A DNA stretch of 64,000 nt from Thermoplasmatota archaeon. GTDB lineage: Archaea; Thermoplasmatota; E2; DHVEG-1. Below the pieces are notes generated by a model. That model worked only from the letters and a program-made list of their open reading frames with translations. It did no database searches and was not told the DNA's origin. The stretch covers positions 1,190-65,189 of the forward strand of contig JBFEOQ010000004.1 of NCBI GenBank assembly GCA_041550515.1, read 5' to 3'. Of this stretch, positions 1 to 10,071 are shown piece by piece (positions within the stretch are counted from its first letter, which is position 1; each line of letters opens with the position of its first letter). Both the position numbers and the translations under genes were made by a program.

Positions 1-2
1 AA

Positions 3-212
3 TGGCTAGATATTCATTTCTATGAAAAATACGCAAAAAACAATATAAACATTTTAGGTGAATGTTGGTCAAATACTATTACAAGTTTTTTACAAAACTT
101 TACAATTAACTGGTCTGATACTAGTAATAAAGGCGATGCTATCATAGTAAAAAACTGTCAACAATGGTTATTAATCGGTGATCCAAGTTTAAAGATAGGT
201 GGGTACAACTAA
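3..212 (+). CDS. C-terminal fragment (gene begins upstream of the window) of a gingipain-like peptidase C25-family protein
   Basis: The frame is open from the window edge to TAA at 210-212. My translation ends ...NCQQWLLIGDPSLKIGGYN*. This parallels the ...YYGMCLFGDPTLRIFK segment of the 878-aa protein at 10072-12708, which is typical of the end of C25 catalytic domains. Confidence 0.45.
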   Translation, partial: WLDIHFYEKYAKNNINILGECWSNTITSFLQNFTINWSDTSNKGDAIIVKNCQQWLLIGDPSLKIGGYN

Positions 213-245
213 TTTTTTTTAATCTTAATGAGTTAAACCAAAAAA

Positions 246-650
246 TTATTTTTTTAAATTCTTTTTAACTTGAAAAACATAACGGGTTGGGATACGTTTT
301 TTTTTACCCGTCCAATAACCGCAATTGTCACATCTAAACTCTATTGTTACTTCTCCACCCCAGATTGTTAGATTTTTAACATTTTTTAGGTTGTTACTGC
401 ATACTGGACATTTATTCATTGTTTTATGCGGATTACCTTCCCTAGAGTGGATATCTAATTTTATAAAATGACTATTTATGGCAATATTTCTAAGCCTGCT
501 ATTACTAACACCATATTTTTTATTTTTTGTTTTCAGTTCTTTTTCAACAAGATTTTTAAGTTTCAACTGAGAATTAATAGTTCTATGTTTTGTAAATATT
601 TTTTTAAGAGCTTTTCGAACCTGTTCATCTGAAGGTATATGATAACTCAT
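246..650 (-). CDS. hypothetical basic protein with C-terminal zinc-ribbon
   Basis: 134-aa ORF with a Lys/Arg-rich N-terminal half and two CxxC pairs (CPVCSNN and CDNCGYW). No family recognised. Confidence 0.55.
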   Translation of the reverse strand: MSYHIPSDEQVRKALKKIFTKHRTINSQLKLKNLVEKELKTKNKKYGVSNSRLRNIAINSHFIKLDIHSREGNPHKTMNKCPVCSNNLKNVKNLTIWGGEVTIEFRCDNCGYWTGKKKRIPTRYVFQVKKNLKK

Positions 651-687
651 AAATGATGAAAGATATATTTTTTCTATTTATATTGTT

Positions 688-1467
688 TTATAAAGAAATA
701 GTTCTGAGTAAATCTGTTCTACTGATTATTCCAACTATTTTTTCATTTTCAATTAAAGGCAGCATTCCAATATTATTTTTTAACATAATATTTGCTGCTT
801 CATAAGCATATATATTTGGTTGAATCCATATAGCTGGTTTTTTCATAAAATCTTCGATAAGTAATTCTTCAAGCTGATGTTTCTGTCTGCCTAATGGAAA
901 TGAACTTTTGAGATTAGCTAATGCAAAGGCTATCTCATTATCACTTATTATTCCAACAAGTTTTCCATCTTTAAAAACAGGTAATCTTGCAATATTATGG
1001 TCAACCATAATCCGTCTTGCATGAATAACACGTTCATCAGAAGAAACAGTAATAATTTTCTTATTAGCAAGTTCACTTACTTTCTTTTTACTTTTAACAA
1101 AGGGTAATAAATCTGCTTTTGTAATAACTCCTAATAGTTTTGCATTTTCTGTAACACATAACATAGTGGGCCCTGGTTCACCTACTTTTTCAAGTATTTT
1201 TTCAACTTCTGTTTCAGGATGAACACATTCAATGTTTTTATCAGTTACACTTGATGCATGTAGTCTTGATGGAGGTACTCCTTTTTTACGAATTGAGCCA
1301 AGTTTATATGCAATTATATTATCGGTTACTAATCCGACTAACTTTTTTTCTTCTAAAACAGGTATCTTTGTTATTTCATGTTTTTTCATAAGATGTAACA
1401 CATGTTTTAGATTTTCATCTTTATCAACTGCTATAATATCTTTTGTCATAACTTCTTTAACTTTCAT
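688..1467 (-). CDS. CBS-domain protein (four tandem CBS motifs)
   Basis: 259-aa ORF with repeated CBS signatures (GLVTDNIIAYK, GVITKADLL, GIISDNEIAF, GIISRTDLL). Confidence 0.8.
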   Translation of the reverse strand: MKVKEVMTKDIIAVDKDENLKHVLHLMKKHEITKIPVLEEKKLVGLVTDNIIAYKLGSIRKKGVPPSRLHASSVTDKNIECVHPETEVEKILEKVGEPGPTMLCVTENAKLLGVITKADLLPFVKSKKKVSELANKKIITVSSDERVIHARRIMVDHNIARLPVFKDGKLVGIISDNEIAFALANLKSSFPLGRQKHQLEELLIEDFMKKPAIWIQPNIYAYEAANIMLKNNIGMLPLIENEKIVGIISRTDLLRTISL

Positions 1468-1500
1468 GTCTTTTCCCTCTTATTATCAAAACAATTTATA

Positions 1501-2067
1501 TTAGTCATATTTTAAAGAGTCTATACAACTTTCACATAGCAACTTACCATCAACATTTTTAAGATTAGTTGATAGAACTCCACAATCTTCACATTTACCA
1601 GAAAATATCTGATCTTTATAATGTGCTTCATCCCTTACAGTTATATCATGCCACTCTCTTGATATTTCATGGAGAACTGGTGAAATCCTTGAAATGTCTT
1701 TCTGTGTAATAATACCAATTAATTCATTGTTTTCAACAACAGGAAGTCTACGAACATTACATTTACCCATAGTTTTCATTGCTTTTTCAAGAGTAAAAAA
1801 AGAATCAATAATTATTACTGGAGTTGACATAACATCTCTTATTTTAACATCTTTTGGATTTTTTGTTTCTGCAACTACTTTTTTTATTATATCACTCTCT
1901 GTTAGTATACCTATAGGTAGATTTTTTTGTACAACTAATACATTTCCTATTTTTCTTTTTTTCATTAGTTTTGCCGCATCTAAAACTGTTAAACCCGGAT
2001 CAATTATTGCTAGGTTTGTACTCATTGCTTCCTTAACAATTATCTCATGACTCATATTTTTTCCCAC
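1501..2067 (-). CDS. CBS-pair protein with C-terminal Cys4 zinc-ribbon
   Basis: 188-aa ORF with two CBS motifs (GILTESDIIKK, GIITQKDISR) followed by CEDCG...CESC. Confidence 0.8.
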   Translation of the reverse strand: MGKNMSHEIIVKEAMSTNLAIIDPGLTVLDAAKLMKKRKIGNVLVVQKNLPIGILTESDIIKKVVAETKNPKDVKIRDVMSTPVIIIDSFFTLEKAMKTMGKCNVRRLPVVENNELIGIITQKDISRISPVLHEISREWHDITVRDEAHYKDQIFSGKCEDCGVLSTNLKNVDGKLLCESCIDSLKYD

Positions 2068-2124
2068 TCGAACTATTTTTTGATACCAAACATTAATACC
2101 TATTACGGTATTTTATATTTTCAT

Positions 2125-2637
2125 ATGTCTGCAAGTCAATATGAACGTGAACTTAAAGGTATATTTGAAGGAGATACAAAAATTATTTCTAAGATTACAA
2201 AAACTTGTACAACATTTGAAAAAGATAATTATTTAAAAATCTCAACAAAACCATTTGCAGTTATAAGAGCTGCAGGCTCACTTGGAATAGATTTAGTTGC
2301 AGTAAGAGGCGATGTTACTTTTTTAACAGAAGTTAAAACAAGTATCGATAATACCCTTCATTTTAGCAGCAATAGCGGTAAACCACAAAAACAAGCAGAA
2401 AAAATGATTAAAATATGTGAAAATACAAAAACACTACCAATTTATGCATTTAGAACAAAGAATATTAGGGGTGACAGCTGGCGTATATTTACACTTGACT
2501 TTTTTGGTTTAGAAGGTAGACTTAGTGTAGTTCATAATAGGTTACCAAAAATAAAACGTAGTAATAATGGTAATTTTGTTATGAGATGGGAGGAAGGTAT
2601 GCCTCTATCTGATTTTATATCTTATTTATGTAAATAA
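2125..2637 (+). CDS. hjc: Hjc-type Holliday junction resolvase-like nuclease
   Basis: From ATG 2125 the protein reads MSASQYERELKG...AVIRAAGSLGIDLVAV...FLTEVKTS...SWRIF. This matches the ERELxxxL / RSxGS..DLVA / EVK / WRF layout of archaeal Hjc. The track ORF start at 2047 adds a hydrophobic non-homologous extension. About 30 extra residues follow the first helix. Confidence 0.55.
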   Translation: MSASQYERELKGIFEGDTKIISKITKTCTTFEKDNYLKISTKPFAVIRAAGSLGIDLVAVRGDVTFLTEVKTSIDNTLHFSSNSGKPQKQAEKMIKICENTKTLPIYAFRTKNIRGDSWRIFTLDFFGLEGRLSVVHNRLPKIKRSNNGNFVMRWEEGMPLSDFISYLCK

Positions 2638-2645
2638 AAAAAGTT

Positions 2646-3134
2646 ATGGAAACGTTTTTAGCACCTTTCTATATTCATGCTATGCTGATTAAAATGAAAA
2701 AAATGCTTGTTGCATATGATGGATCAGATGCTTCAAAAAAAGCAATTGAATTAGTAAAAAAATGTGCTAACAAAGAAGATGAAATAACACTCCTTACGGT
2801 TGTTCCTGCAGAACTTGCAGAGTCTTCTTTTACAAAAATGCTTCTACCTACAATAGACTTAAGTGATATAGTTAGAAGTGGTAGTTTTAAAGATAAAGCA
2901 AGTGAATCATTATCCAAAGTTGTTAAAGATTTTGAAGATCATGTTTCAAAAGTAAAAGTTGCAGTTGAAGATGGAGATCCAGCTGATGAAATTTTAATAA
3001 CTGCAAAGAAAACAGATGCAGATATTATAGTATTAGGATACAAGGGTTATGGAAAAGAAGGTCGTTTTCTACTTGGTAGTGTTACAGATAAAGTAGTTCG
3101 TCATGCAGCTATATCTGTTCTTGTTGTAAGATAA
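2646..3134 (+). CDS. universal stress protein (UspA family)
   Basis: The LVAYDGSDASKKA N-terminal motif and C-terminal GSVTDKVVRHAAISVLVV are typical of Usp. In-frame ATGs at 2682, 2694 and 2703 are alternative starts. Confidence 0.8.
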   Translation: METFLAPFYIHAMLIKMKKMLVAYDGSDASKKAIELVKKCANKEDEITLLTVVPAELAESSFTKMLLPTIDLSDIVRSGSFKDKASESLSKVVKDFEDHVSKVKVAVEDGDPADEILITAKKTDADIIVLGYKGYGKEGRFLLGSVTDKVVRHAAISVLVVR

Positions 3135-3174
3135 AAACATTAATAACAGCCTTTATTTATCCCATTTTTTATTT

Positions 3175-4371
3175 ATGCATCCTGTAGAAGATATAAGAGG
3201 AGGTAAAAGCCAAATTTTAAAAGGAAAAATAATAATATTAGCAGTAACAGGCAGTATTGCTGCCGTAGAAACAATAAAACTTTCTCGAGAATTAATACGT
3301 CATGGAGCAGAAATAATACCAGTACTCAGTCCTTCTGCAATTAAATTTATCCATCCAGATAGCTTATGGTTTGCAACAGGAAAAAAACCAATCATAGAAC
3401 TTACCGGCGAAACAGAACATGTACGCCATCTTGGTAAAGTAAAAAAACCAGCAGATATGCTTCTTATATGCCCTTGCACTGCAAATACAATATCAAAAAT
3501 TGCAAATGGAATTGATGACACAAATGTTACCACTTTTGCAACAACTGCAATCGGTTCAAAAAAACCAGTTATAATTGTTCCTGCAATGCATTTATCAATG
3601 TACGAACATAAAATAATACAAAAAAACATAAAAAAACTTAAGGAGATAAATATAATTTTCATCGAACCTTTAATCGAAAAAAACAAGGCAAAAATGCCTG
3701 ATATCAACAAAATCGTAGCTAATGTTATTAAAAATATTGGTAAACAAGATTTGTATGATAGAAAAATACTTGTTATTGGTGGACCTACATCTGAAAAAAT
3801 AGATGATATAAGATATATAACTAATCGCAGCTCAGGAAAAACCGCAGTTTCTCTAGGAAAAAATGCTTTTTACAGAGGTGCAGATGTTGAACTATGGTAC
3901 GGTATAGGTTCTGAACCAGTACCAAATTATATTAATAAAACTGATTTTACTTCTATAGATGATATTCTAAAACTTATTAAAAAAAATAACCTGAAAATTT
4001 ATGATTCAATTATAATTTGTGCAGCAATTTCAGATTATATTCCTATAAAACATAAAGGAAAAATTTCATCAGAAAAAGAAAAATTAATAATTAAATTAAA
4101 AAAAGCTCCTAAAATAATATCTTTACTACGTAAAGAATCACCGAATTCAAAAATCATAGGTTTTAAAGTTGAAGATAAAAAAGATAAATTACCTAATAAA
4201 GTAGAGAATCTACTAAAAAATAATAAACTTGATTATGTTATAGGAAACACGATTTCTGGATTTGAAAGCAAGGAAAACGAAATCTGGATTTTTGATAAAA
4301 ATGGTAAAACCTTTTACAAAAAAGGAAAAAAAGATAACCTTACAAACATAATTTTAGATCTTATAAAATAA
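3175..4371 (+). CDS. coaBC: bifunctional phosphopantothenoylcysteine decarboxylase / phosphopantothenate-cysteine ligase
   Basis: 398 aa. The flavoprotein half carries ILAVTGSIAAVETIKL and PCTANTISKIANGIDD. The ligase half carries ITNRSSGKTA and AAISDY. Confidence 0.85.
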   Translation: MHPVEDIRGGKSQILKGKIIILAVTGSIAAVETIKLSRELIRHGAEIIPVLSPSAIKFIHPDSLWFATGKKPIIELTGETEHVRHLGKVKKPADMLLICPCTANTISKIANGIDDTNVTTFATTAIGSKKPVIIVPAMHLSMYEHKIIQKNIKKLKEINIIFIEPLIEKNKAKMPDINKIVANVIKNIGKQDLYDRKILVIGGPTSEKIDDIRYITNRSSGKTAVSLGKNAFYRGADVELWYGIGSEPVPNYINKTDFTSIDDILKLIKKNNLKIYDSIIICAAISDYIPIKHKGKISSEKEKLIIKLKKAPKIISLLRKESPNSKIIGFKVEDKKDKLPNKVENLLKNNKLDYVIGNTISGFESKENEIWIFDKNGKTFYKKGKKDNLTNIILDLIK

Positions 4372-4384
4372 ATTGGAAAAACAT

Positions 4385-5254
4385 ATGATAGCTAAAGCAT
4401 TTGCACCTGGACATATATCTGGTTTTTTTGAACCAGTTTTACATTTTGAAGATTTAATGCATACTGGTTCAAGAGGTGCAGGTTTTAGTATATCTCTTGG
4501 AGCTTTATCAGAAGTAATGGTTGAAGAATCACAATCAAATGATATACAAATTTTTATAAATGGTAAAAGATCATATGCACAAGTTACTAATCTTGCATTA
4601 AAAAATATAATAGGTAATAATTCTTTTAATGTTGTTGTTAAAACCCAACTGGATTTACCTACCGGTCAGGGTTTTGGTATGAGTGCAGCAGGAGCACTTA
4701 GCTCATGTTTAGCTCTATGCAAATGTTTTAACTTTCCTCCCGAACATGCCTTAAAAGCAGCCCATGCCGCAGAAGTTCAACTCAGAACAGGTCTTGGTGA
4801 TGTAGTTAGTAGTTATTTTGGAGGCCTTGAAATTCGGAAAAGTGCAGGTTTACCCCCATGGGGGTTTATCGAACATATTCCTGGTAAATTTGAACTTGTT
4901 TTATGTGTTACTGGTAAAAAAATTGATACAAAAAAAATATTAAATAATCCAAATATTGTAAAAAAAATATCTCAATATGGTAGAATTTGTACTCAAAAAT
5001 TACTTGAAAAACCATCAATTGAAAACTTTTTTTACCAATCTCAATTTTTTACAAAAAAAATATGTCTTGCTGATAAAAAAACTTATCAAGCAATTAACAC
5101 TGTAAAAAACCTTGGTACTGCTAGTATATGTATGCTTGGTAACAGTATTTTTGCGACAGGTAATACAGAAAAACTATGTCGTGTTTTATCAGTTTTTGGA
5201 AAAATATATGTCTGTTGTATTGATGAATATGGAGCTAGAATTATAGAAAAATAA
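4385..5254 (+). CDS. pantoate kinase (archaeal GHMP-kinase-family CoA pathway enzyme)
   Basis: N-terminal FAPGHISGFFEP and a GHMP phosphate loop (PTGQGFGMSAAGALS). It lies directly downstream of coaBC. ATG 4385 is preferred over the TTG at 4373 used in the track. Confidence 0.7.
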   Translation: MIAKAFAPGHISGFFEPVLHFEDLMHTGSRGAGFSISLGALSEVMVEESQSNDIQIFINGKRSYAQVTNLALKNIIGNNSFNVVVKTQLDLPTGQGFGMSAAGALSSCLALCKCFNFPPEHALKAAHAAEVQLRTGLGDVVSSYFGGLEIRKSAGLPPWGFIEHIPGKFELVLCVTGKKIDTKKILNNPNIVKKISQYGRICTQKLLEKPSIENFFYQSQFFTKKICLADKKTYQAINTVKNLGTASICMLGNSIFATGNTEKLCRVLSVFGKIYVCCIDEYGARIIEK

Positions 5255-5449
5255 AATCAGTATTTTTGAATTTTTTCAGGATATTTTTTAATCTAAATTA
5301 CCAAATATGTTTTATATAATAAACAGATTCCAATTGTTTTATCACATTGAAAATTTACCCATTAATATATTTAAAGTTTAATCGAGCTAAATTAAAAAAA
5401 TAAGCCTCTTTCACAAAATTAAGTTTAATAAGTACGCAATGAGGTTAAA

Positions 5450-6382
5450 ATGATAAAAATATATAAAACAATCAACAGAGAACTAAAAGAAATTGATTCT
5501 TATACAAAAGATAGTTGGGTTAATATTACTTACCCTAAAAAAGAAGAAATTGAAAAAATATCAAAAGAATTAGAGATTCCATTAGATTTCTTAACAGATC
5601 CAACAGATATTGATGAACGAGCACGTATAGAAATTGAAAAAAAGACAATCCTAACTGTTTTAAGAATACCTTGTTTTGAAGGAGATGAAGTTGAGATACC
5701 ATTTACTACAGTACCACTTGGTATAATATTCACAGATGATATGGTAATAACAATATGCTTAAAAGATACTGAAGTAATTAATGATTTTATAAAAGATAAA
5801 GTAAGAAATTTCTCTATACTTAATAGAACCAGGTTTTTATTACAAATATTACTTAAAACCTCAATGTTGTATGTGAAATATTTAAAAGAGATTAATCGCA
5901 GAACATCTTCGATAGAAAAAGAGTTACATAAAGCAATGAAAAACGAGGAGTTAATTAAACTTTTAAACATTGAAAAAAGTCTTGTTTCGTTTACTTCATC
6001 ATTAAAGTCAAACGAATTAATGATGGAAAAACTTCAAATTGGAAAGATAATTAAAATAAATCTTGAAGATAAAGATTTTCTTGAGGATATAACTATTGAT
6101 AATAGACAAGCAATTGAAATGTCAAATATATATAGTAATATTTTAAGTGGTATGATGGATGCATTTGCTTCCGTTATTTCCAATAATTTAAATGTCGTCT
6201 TAAAATTTTTAACATCTGTAACTATAATACTAATGATACCTACACTGGTAGCAAGTATTTATGGAATGAATGTTGAATTACCATTTCAACGTTCCCCTCA
6301 AGCTTTTGGTATAACAATGATTATTTCACTAGTTTTCTCTATAATCGGAGTTTTGATCTTTATGAAAAGAAGATGGTTTTAA
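5450..6382 (+). CDS. corA: CorA-family Mg2+/Co2+ transporter
   Basis: 310 aa with two C-terminal TM helices around the YGMNV (GMN) signature. Confidence 0.85.
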   Translation: MIKIYKTINRELKEIDSYTKDSWVNITYPKKEEIEKISKELEIPLDFLTDPTDIDERARIEIEKKTILTVLRIPCFEGDEVEIPFTTVPLGIIFTDDMVITICLKDTEVINDFIKDKVRNFSILNRTRFLLQILLKTSMLYVKYLKEINRRTSSIEKELHKAMKNEELIKLLNIEKSLVSFTSSLKSNELMMEKLQIGKIIKINLEDKDFLEDITIDNRQAIEMSNIYSNILSGMMDAFASVISNNLNVVLKFLTSVTIILMIPTLVASIYGMNVELPFQRSPQAFGITMIISLVFSIIGVLIFMKRRWF

Positions 6383-6398
6383 AACTTGTCCATATTTT

Positions 6399-7304
6399 TT
6401 ATAGATAGCATGTTCTATATCTTTCCCAGATTATATCAGTATTATCTTGAATAGATTTTAAAGTTTTTTCATCCCTAACTGGTGTAAAAAGATGTTTGAA
6501 ACGACCTTGATACTTAATCCATTCTTCAATAGGTTTTGGCTTAATCTTTTTCTCAAGTAAAAGCTTGCTTTTACCATTAAAAGTCATTTTTTCATTTTCA
6601 AATTCATAAAGAGCCCATGCACCAGTTTCAACTGCTAAAACCCCCATTTCAACTGTTTTTTCCATAGGGAAACGCCAACCAGGTGGACATGGTGCAAGAA
6701 TTTCTATATACTTTGAACCTTTGATGCTTTTTGCTTTTTTTAATTTTTTATATAAATCCTCAGGGTAAGATACACATGTTTGAGCAGCATATGGGACATG
6801 ATGAGCACGAATTATATCACCCATTTCTTTACGAATTTCTGTTTTTCCACTAACAGTAGTTGTAGTCCAAGCGCCAAGAGGTGTTGCACCACTACGTTGA
6901 ATACCTGTATTAGAATAAATTTGATTATTATAACAAATATAAATAAAATTTGTTTGACGCTCTATTGCTCCTGAAAGCGCTTGAATACCAATATCATATG
7001 TTCCACCATCACCTGCCCAAGCTACAACCGTGGTATCTTTTTTGCCTTGCATTCTAAGTCCTGCTTCAACACCTGATGCACCAGCTGCGGCTGCTTCAAA
7101 AGCAATATTCATGACAGGTATATCAAAACAAGTTTTAGGATACAAACTTTCAATAACTGCTGTACAACATGCAGGAACGATCATTATAGTATTTTTACCA
7201 AGTGCTTTAAAAACTGTTCTTAATGCCATTGTAGCAGGACAACCCGGGCACGCAGCACTACCTGCTAGAACACACTCAGTATCAGGAATATCTTTAATCG
7301 CCAT
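6399..7304 (-). CDS. porB: 2-oxoacid:ferredoxin oxidoreductase beta subunit (pyruvate/2-ketoisovalerate type)
   Basis: 301 aa with N-terminal Cys motifs (CPGCP, PACC) and TPP-binding WAGDGGTYDIG. It is the last gene of a gamma-delta-alpha-beta operon. Substrate is not determinable from sequence alone. Confidence 0.8.
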   Translation of the reverse strand: MAIKDIPDTECVLAGSAACPGCPATMALRTVFKALGKNTIMIVPACCTAVIESLYPKTCFDIPVMNIAFEAAAAGASGVEAGLRMQGKKDTTVVAWAGDGGTYDIGIQALSGAIERQTNFIYICYNNQIYSNTGIQRSGATPLGAWTTTTVSGKTEIRKEMGDIIRAHHVPYAAQTCVSYPEDLYKKLKKAKSIKGSKYIEILAPCPPGWRFPMEKTVEMGVLAVETGAWALYEFENEKMTFNGKSKLLLEKKIKPKPIEEWIKYQGRFKHLFTPVRDEKTLKSIQDNTDIIWERYRTCYL

Positions 7305-8471
7305 TTATGCTTTCACCTCTTTAAAACCATACCAGATAGTATCTTTGAATTTTCCTTTAATCGATTTTTTATACATATCTATAATATGATTGTAGGTAAC
7401 GTCTTTTCCACCAAGTCCTGCTATAAAACCAGTAACTTTAACATTAGATTTTTTATACAAAGCACTTTTAACTTCTGTGAATAATGCTCCTTCATTACCA
7501 CATGAAATATTTCTATCTATTACAATTAAATCTGCTTTTTTTGCAAGTTTAACTATTTCCTCATTAGGAAATGGTCTAAAAGTTCTAATACGTGCAAGTC
7601 CAATTTTGCATCCTTCTCTTCTGAGGTAATCAATAGCAACTTTACTTTCAGCAGCAATTGCACCCATTGCTAGGAGAATTGTTTCAGCATCTTCACATTT
7701 ATATTTTTCTATTAAATCACCATTAAAACGACCAAATTTGTTTTCCCATTCTTTTGTAATTTTAGGAATAAGTTTTTTTGCATTTTCATGAGCATCTTGC
7801 ATAGCTCGACGTATTTTCTCATAATGTTCAGGCATTATGATATTTCCAAAAGTAATTGGATTTTTTGGATCTACTTTCCATAGAGGTTTGTATCTACCAA
7901 GATAATCATCAATTTCTTTTTGATTTGGGATTTCTGCAGGCATTGATGTATGTGACAAAATAAATGCATTATAACTTATCATTACTGGTAGAGCAACATC
8001 TCTGTTTTCACCTAGTTTAAATGCTTGTATAACGGTATCAAAAATCTCTTGGTTACTACTGCAATAAAACTGTATCCATCCAGTATCTCTCTGACTGATG
8101 CTATCATTTTCATCAGCCCATATATTCCAGCCAGGTCCTATTACACGGTTAATGTTACACATGACAACCGGAAGACGAGCAAGTGCTGCCCAATGAAGCA
8201 TTTCATGCATAAGTAAAAGACCATGTGATGATGTTGCTGTGAATGTTCGTACACCTGTAGCTGCGGCCCCAATACATGCACTCATAGCAGAATGCTCACT
8301 TTCAACACATATGAATTCACCTTTGTATTCACCTGATTTTATAAAACTTGCTATAGCTTCTACAACAGTTGTTTGTGGTGTAATTGGATATGCAGCAACA
8401 ACATCAGGTTTTGCCATAACGGCTGCTTTTGCAGCAATATAATTTCCAGTGTTAATCATAATGTTTTTCAT
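7305..8471 (-). CDS. porA: 2-oxoacid:ferredoxin oxidoreductase alpha subunit
   Basis: 388 aa. N-terminal GNYIAAKAAVMAKPDVVAAYPITPQT is typical of OFOR alpha. It abuts porB with no gap and overlaps porD by 4 nt. Confidence 0.8.
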   Translation of the reverse strand: MKNIMINTGNYIAAKAAVMAKPDVVAAYPITPQTTVVEAIASFIKSGEYKGEFICVESEHSAMSACIGAAATGVRTFTATSSHGLLLMHEMLHWAALARLPVVMCNINRVIGPGWNIWADENDSISQRDTGWIQFYCSSNQEIFDTVIQAFKLGENRDVALPVMISYNAFILSHTSMPAEIPNQKEIDDYLGRYKPLWKVDPKNPITFGNIIMPEHYEKIRRAMQDAHENAKKLIPKITKEWENKFGRFNGDLIEKYKCEDAETILLAMGAIAAESKVAIDYLRREGCKIGLARIRTFRPFPNEEIVKLAKKADLIVIDRNISCGNEGALFTEVKSALYKKSNVKVTGFIAGLGGKDVTYNHIIDMYKKSIKGKFKDTIWYGFKEVKA

Positions 8472-8740
8472 TGTTGTCCCTCTCTTTCCATAGTTATTGC
8501 TTTTACATTACATACATTTGCACATATCCCACATCCTTTACAATAATTCATATCAATTTTTACTGAGCCATCTTTTTTTTTCTTAACAGTACCTTCGGGA
8601 CAAAATATCCAACAACGGAGACATTTAACGCATTTATCTTTATTAAAAATTGGTTTAAATACTCTCCAGCTACCTGTTTTTCCCATTGATCCTTCTTGTG
8701 GATAAGATATGGTTGTTACAACATTGTATTTTTTACTCAA
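8468..8740 (-). CDS. porD: 2-oxoacid:ferredoxin oxidoreductase delta subunit (2x[4Fe-4S] ferredoxin)
   Basis: 90 aa with CVKCLRCWIFCP and CKGCGICANVC motifs. Confidence 0.8.
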   Translation of the reverse strand: MSKKYNVVTTISYPQEGSMGKTGSWRVFKPIFNKDKCVKCLRCWIFCPEGTVKKKKDGSVKIDMNYCKGCGICANVCNVKAITMEREGQQ

Positions 8741-9351
8741 AAATTCACCTCTGTTGAATCATACGCATCTTGTGTTGCTCTTATATTTTGTTTTCCTTGT
8801 TCACCTTTCCATTTTTCTTGTATAACACTTTGTATTGATTTTAAAGTAACTTTATCAAGTACTTTTGGTAATGCTCCAAGAATTGGTGTATTTACAACAG
8901 GTATTCCTCCAACAAGAATATCATATTTTATTGCAACTCCTGTTGCATCAACTGTTGCAACTTTATATTTTTCTGAAAATGGATATTTATCTGGTTTTTT
9001 ACGAGTGTTTATTAATATTTTTCCATCTTTTTTTAATCCTTTTAATACGTCTACAATGTTCATTATACTTTCATCTTGAACTATTACTATGTCTGGGTTA
9101 TATATCTCACTTCGAAGATTTATTTCATCATCTGATATTCTTGCAAATGCACGTACTGGAGCTCCTCTTCTTTCAGCCCCGAAAAAAGGGAATGCTTGTA
9201 CTCCTTTATTTTTATCTTTTAATGCTGCTGCAACTAATAAGTTTGCAGCTGTGACAGAACCTTGTCCTCCACGTCCATGAAACACTATTTCTATTAAATA
9301 TTTTGATGGCACTATAATACACTCCCGAAACTGGGAATATAAATACCACAT
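8737..9351 (-). CDS. porG: 2-oxoacid:ferredoxin oxidoreductase gamma subunit
   Basis: Carries the FHGRGGQGSVTAA motif. The N-terminal 13 residues of the track ORF look non-homologous, so the true start may be the in-frame GTG at 9312. Confidence 0.75.
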   Translation of the reverse strand: MWYLYSQFRECIIVPSKYLIEIVFHGRGGQGSVTAANLLVAAALKDKNKGVQAFPFFGAERRGAPVRAFARISDDEINLRSEIYNPDIVIVQDESIMNIVDVLKGLKKDGKILINTRKKPDKYPFSEKYKVATVDATGVAIKYDILVGGIPVVNTPILGALPKVLDKVTLKSIQSVIQEKWKGEQGKQNIRATQDAYDSTEVNF

Positions 9352-9404
9352 ATAACTGTTTTGAATCTATTTAATATCATGTTAACATCTTAAAAAATTT
9401 GATT

Positions 9405-9959
9405 TTATAATGGATATTTTTGTAAAATATCTGTTTTTGATATTATTCCTATAGCTTTACCATTTTTTACAACTAGTATTGCTGGATATATCTTTAACAT
9501 TTCATTAACAAGTGTTATATTTGTATCTTCTGGAATAGTTGGTAATGCTTCATCCATTATGTCTTTAATTTTTAAATTCTTATTTTTAATTTTATCATAC
9601 TTTTTTATAAATAATTCCTCAGATATACTTCCTACTAATACTTTTTCTTTAAAAACTGGCATTTGTGATATTGCATTTTTAACCATTAAATTCAATGCTT
9701 TATTTATAGTCTGCTCTTCTTGTATTGATATTATTTTTCTTGAAAAAACATCTTTTGCTTTTATTTGATCATGTTTTCCAGCTATTTCTTGTTCAAGTGT
9801 GATTAATATTTTTCTAGCAATTGAATAAGATGGTTCAATCTTTGCATTTTCTATTTTAGTAATTATTGATTGGCTTACACCTGCGAGTTTTGCGAGTTCT
9901 GCTTGTGTTAATCCTAATTTTTGTCTCATTTTTTTTATTTTTTTTAGTTCCTCGAGCAT
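9405..9959 (-). CDS. XRE-type HTH transcriptional regulator fused to a CBS pair
   Basis: 184 aa. The HTH is LGLTQAELAKLAGVSQSIITKIE, followed by two CBS motifs (GSISEELFIKK, GIISKTDILQK). Confidence 0.75.
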   Translation of the reverse strand: MLEELKKIKKMRQKLGLTQAELAKLAGVSQSIITKIENAKIEPSYSIARKILITLEQEIAGKHDQIKAKDVFSRKIISIQEEQTINKALNLMVKNAISQMPVFKEKVLVGSISEELFIKKYDKIKNKNLKIKDIMDEALPTIPEDTNITLVNEMLKIYPAILVVKNGKAIGIISKTDILQKYPL

Positions 9960-10071
9960 GTATATAATAATAATATCTATGTTTTTATTCTTATTGGAAT
10001 AAATATCACATAATAAATTCTAAAAATTTTATATAGAATAAAAACTCCTATAAAGCTATAATATTGAAATT

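Noticed and set aside
5255-5449. Possible Mg-sensing leader or riboswitch upstream of corA.
   Set aside because: The 195-nt spacer is AT-rich with no evident conserved stem structures. Known Mg riboswitches are bacterial. It is treated as an ordinary promoter region.
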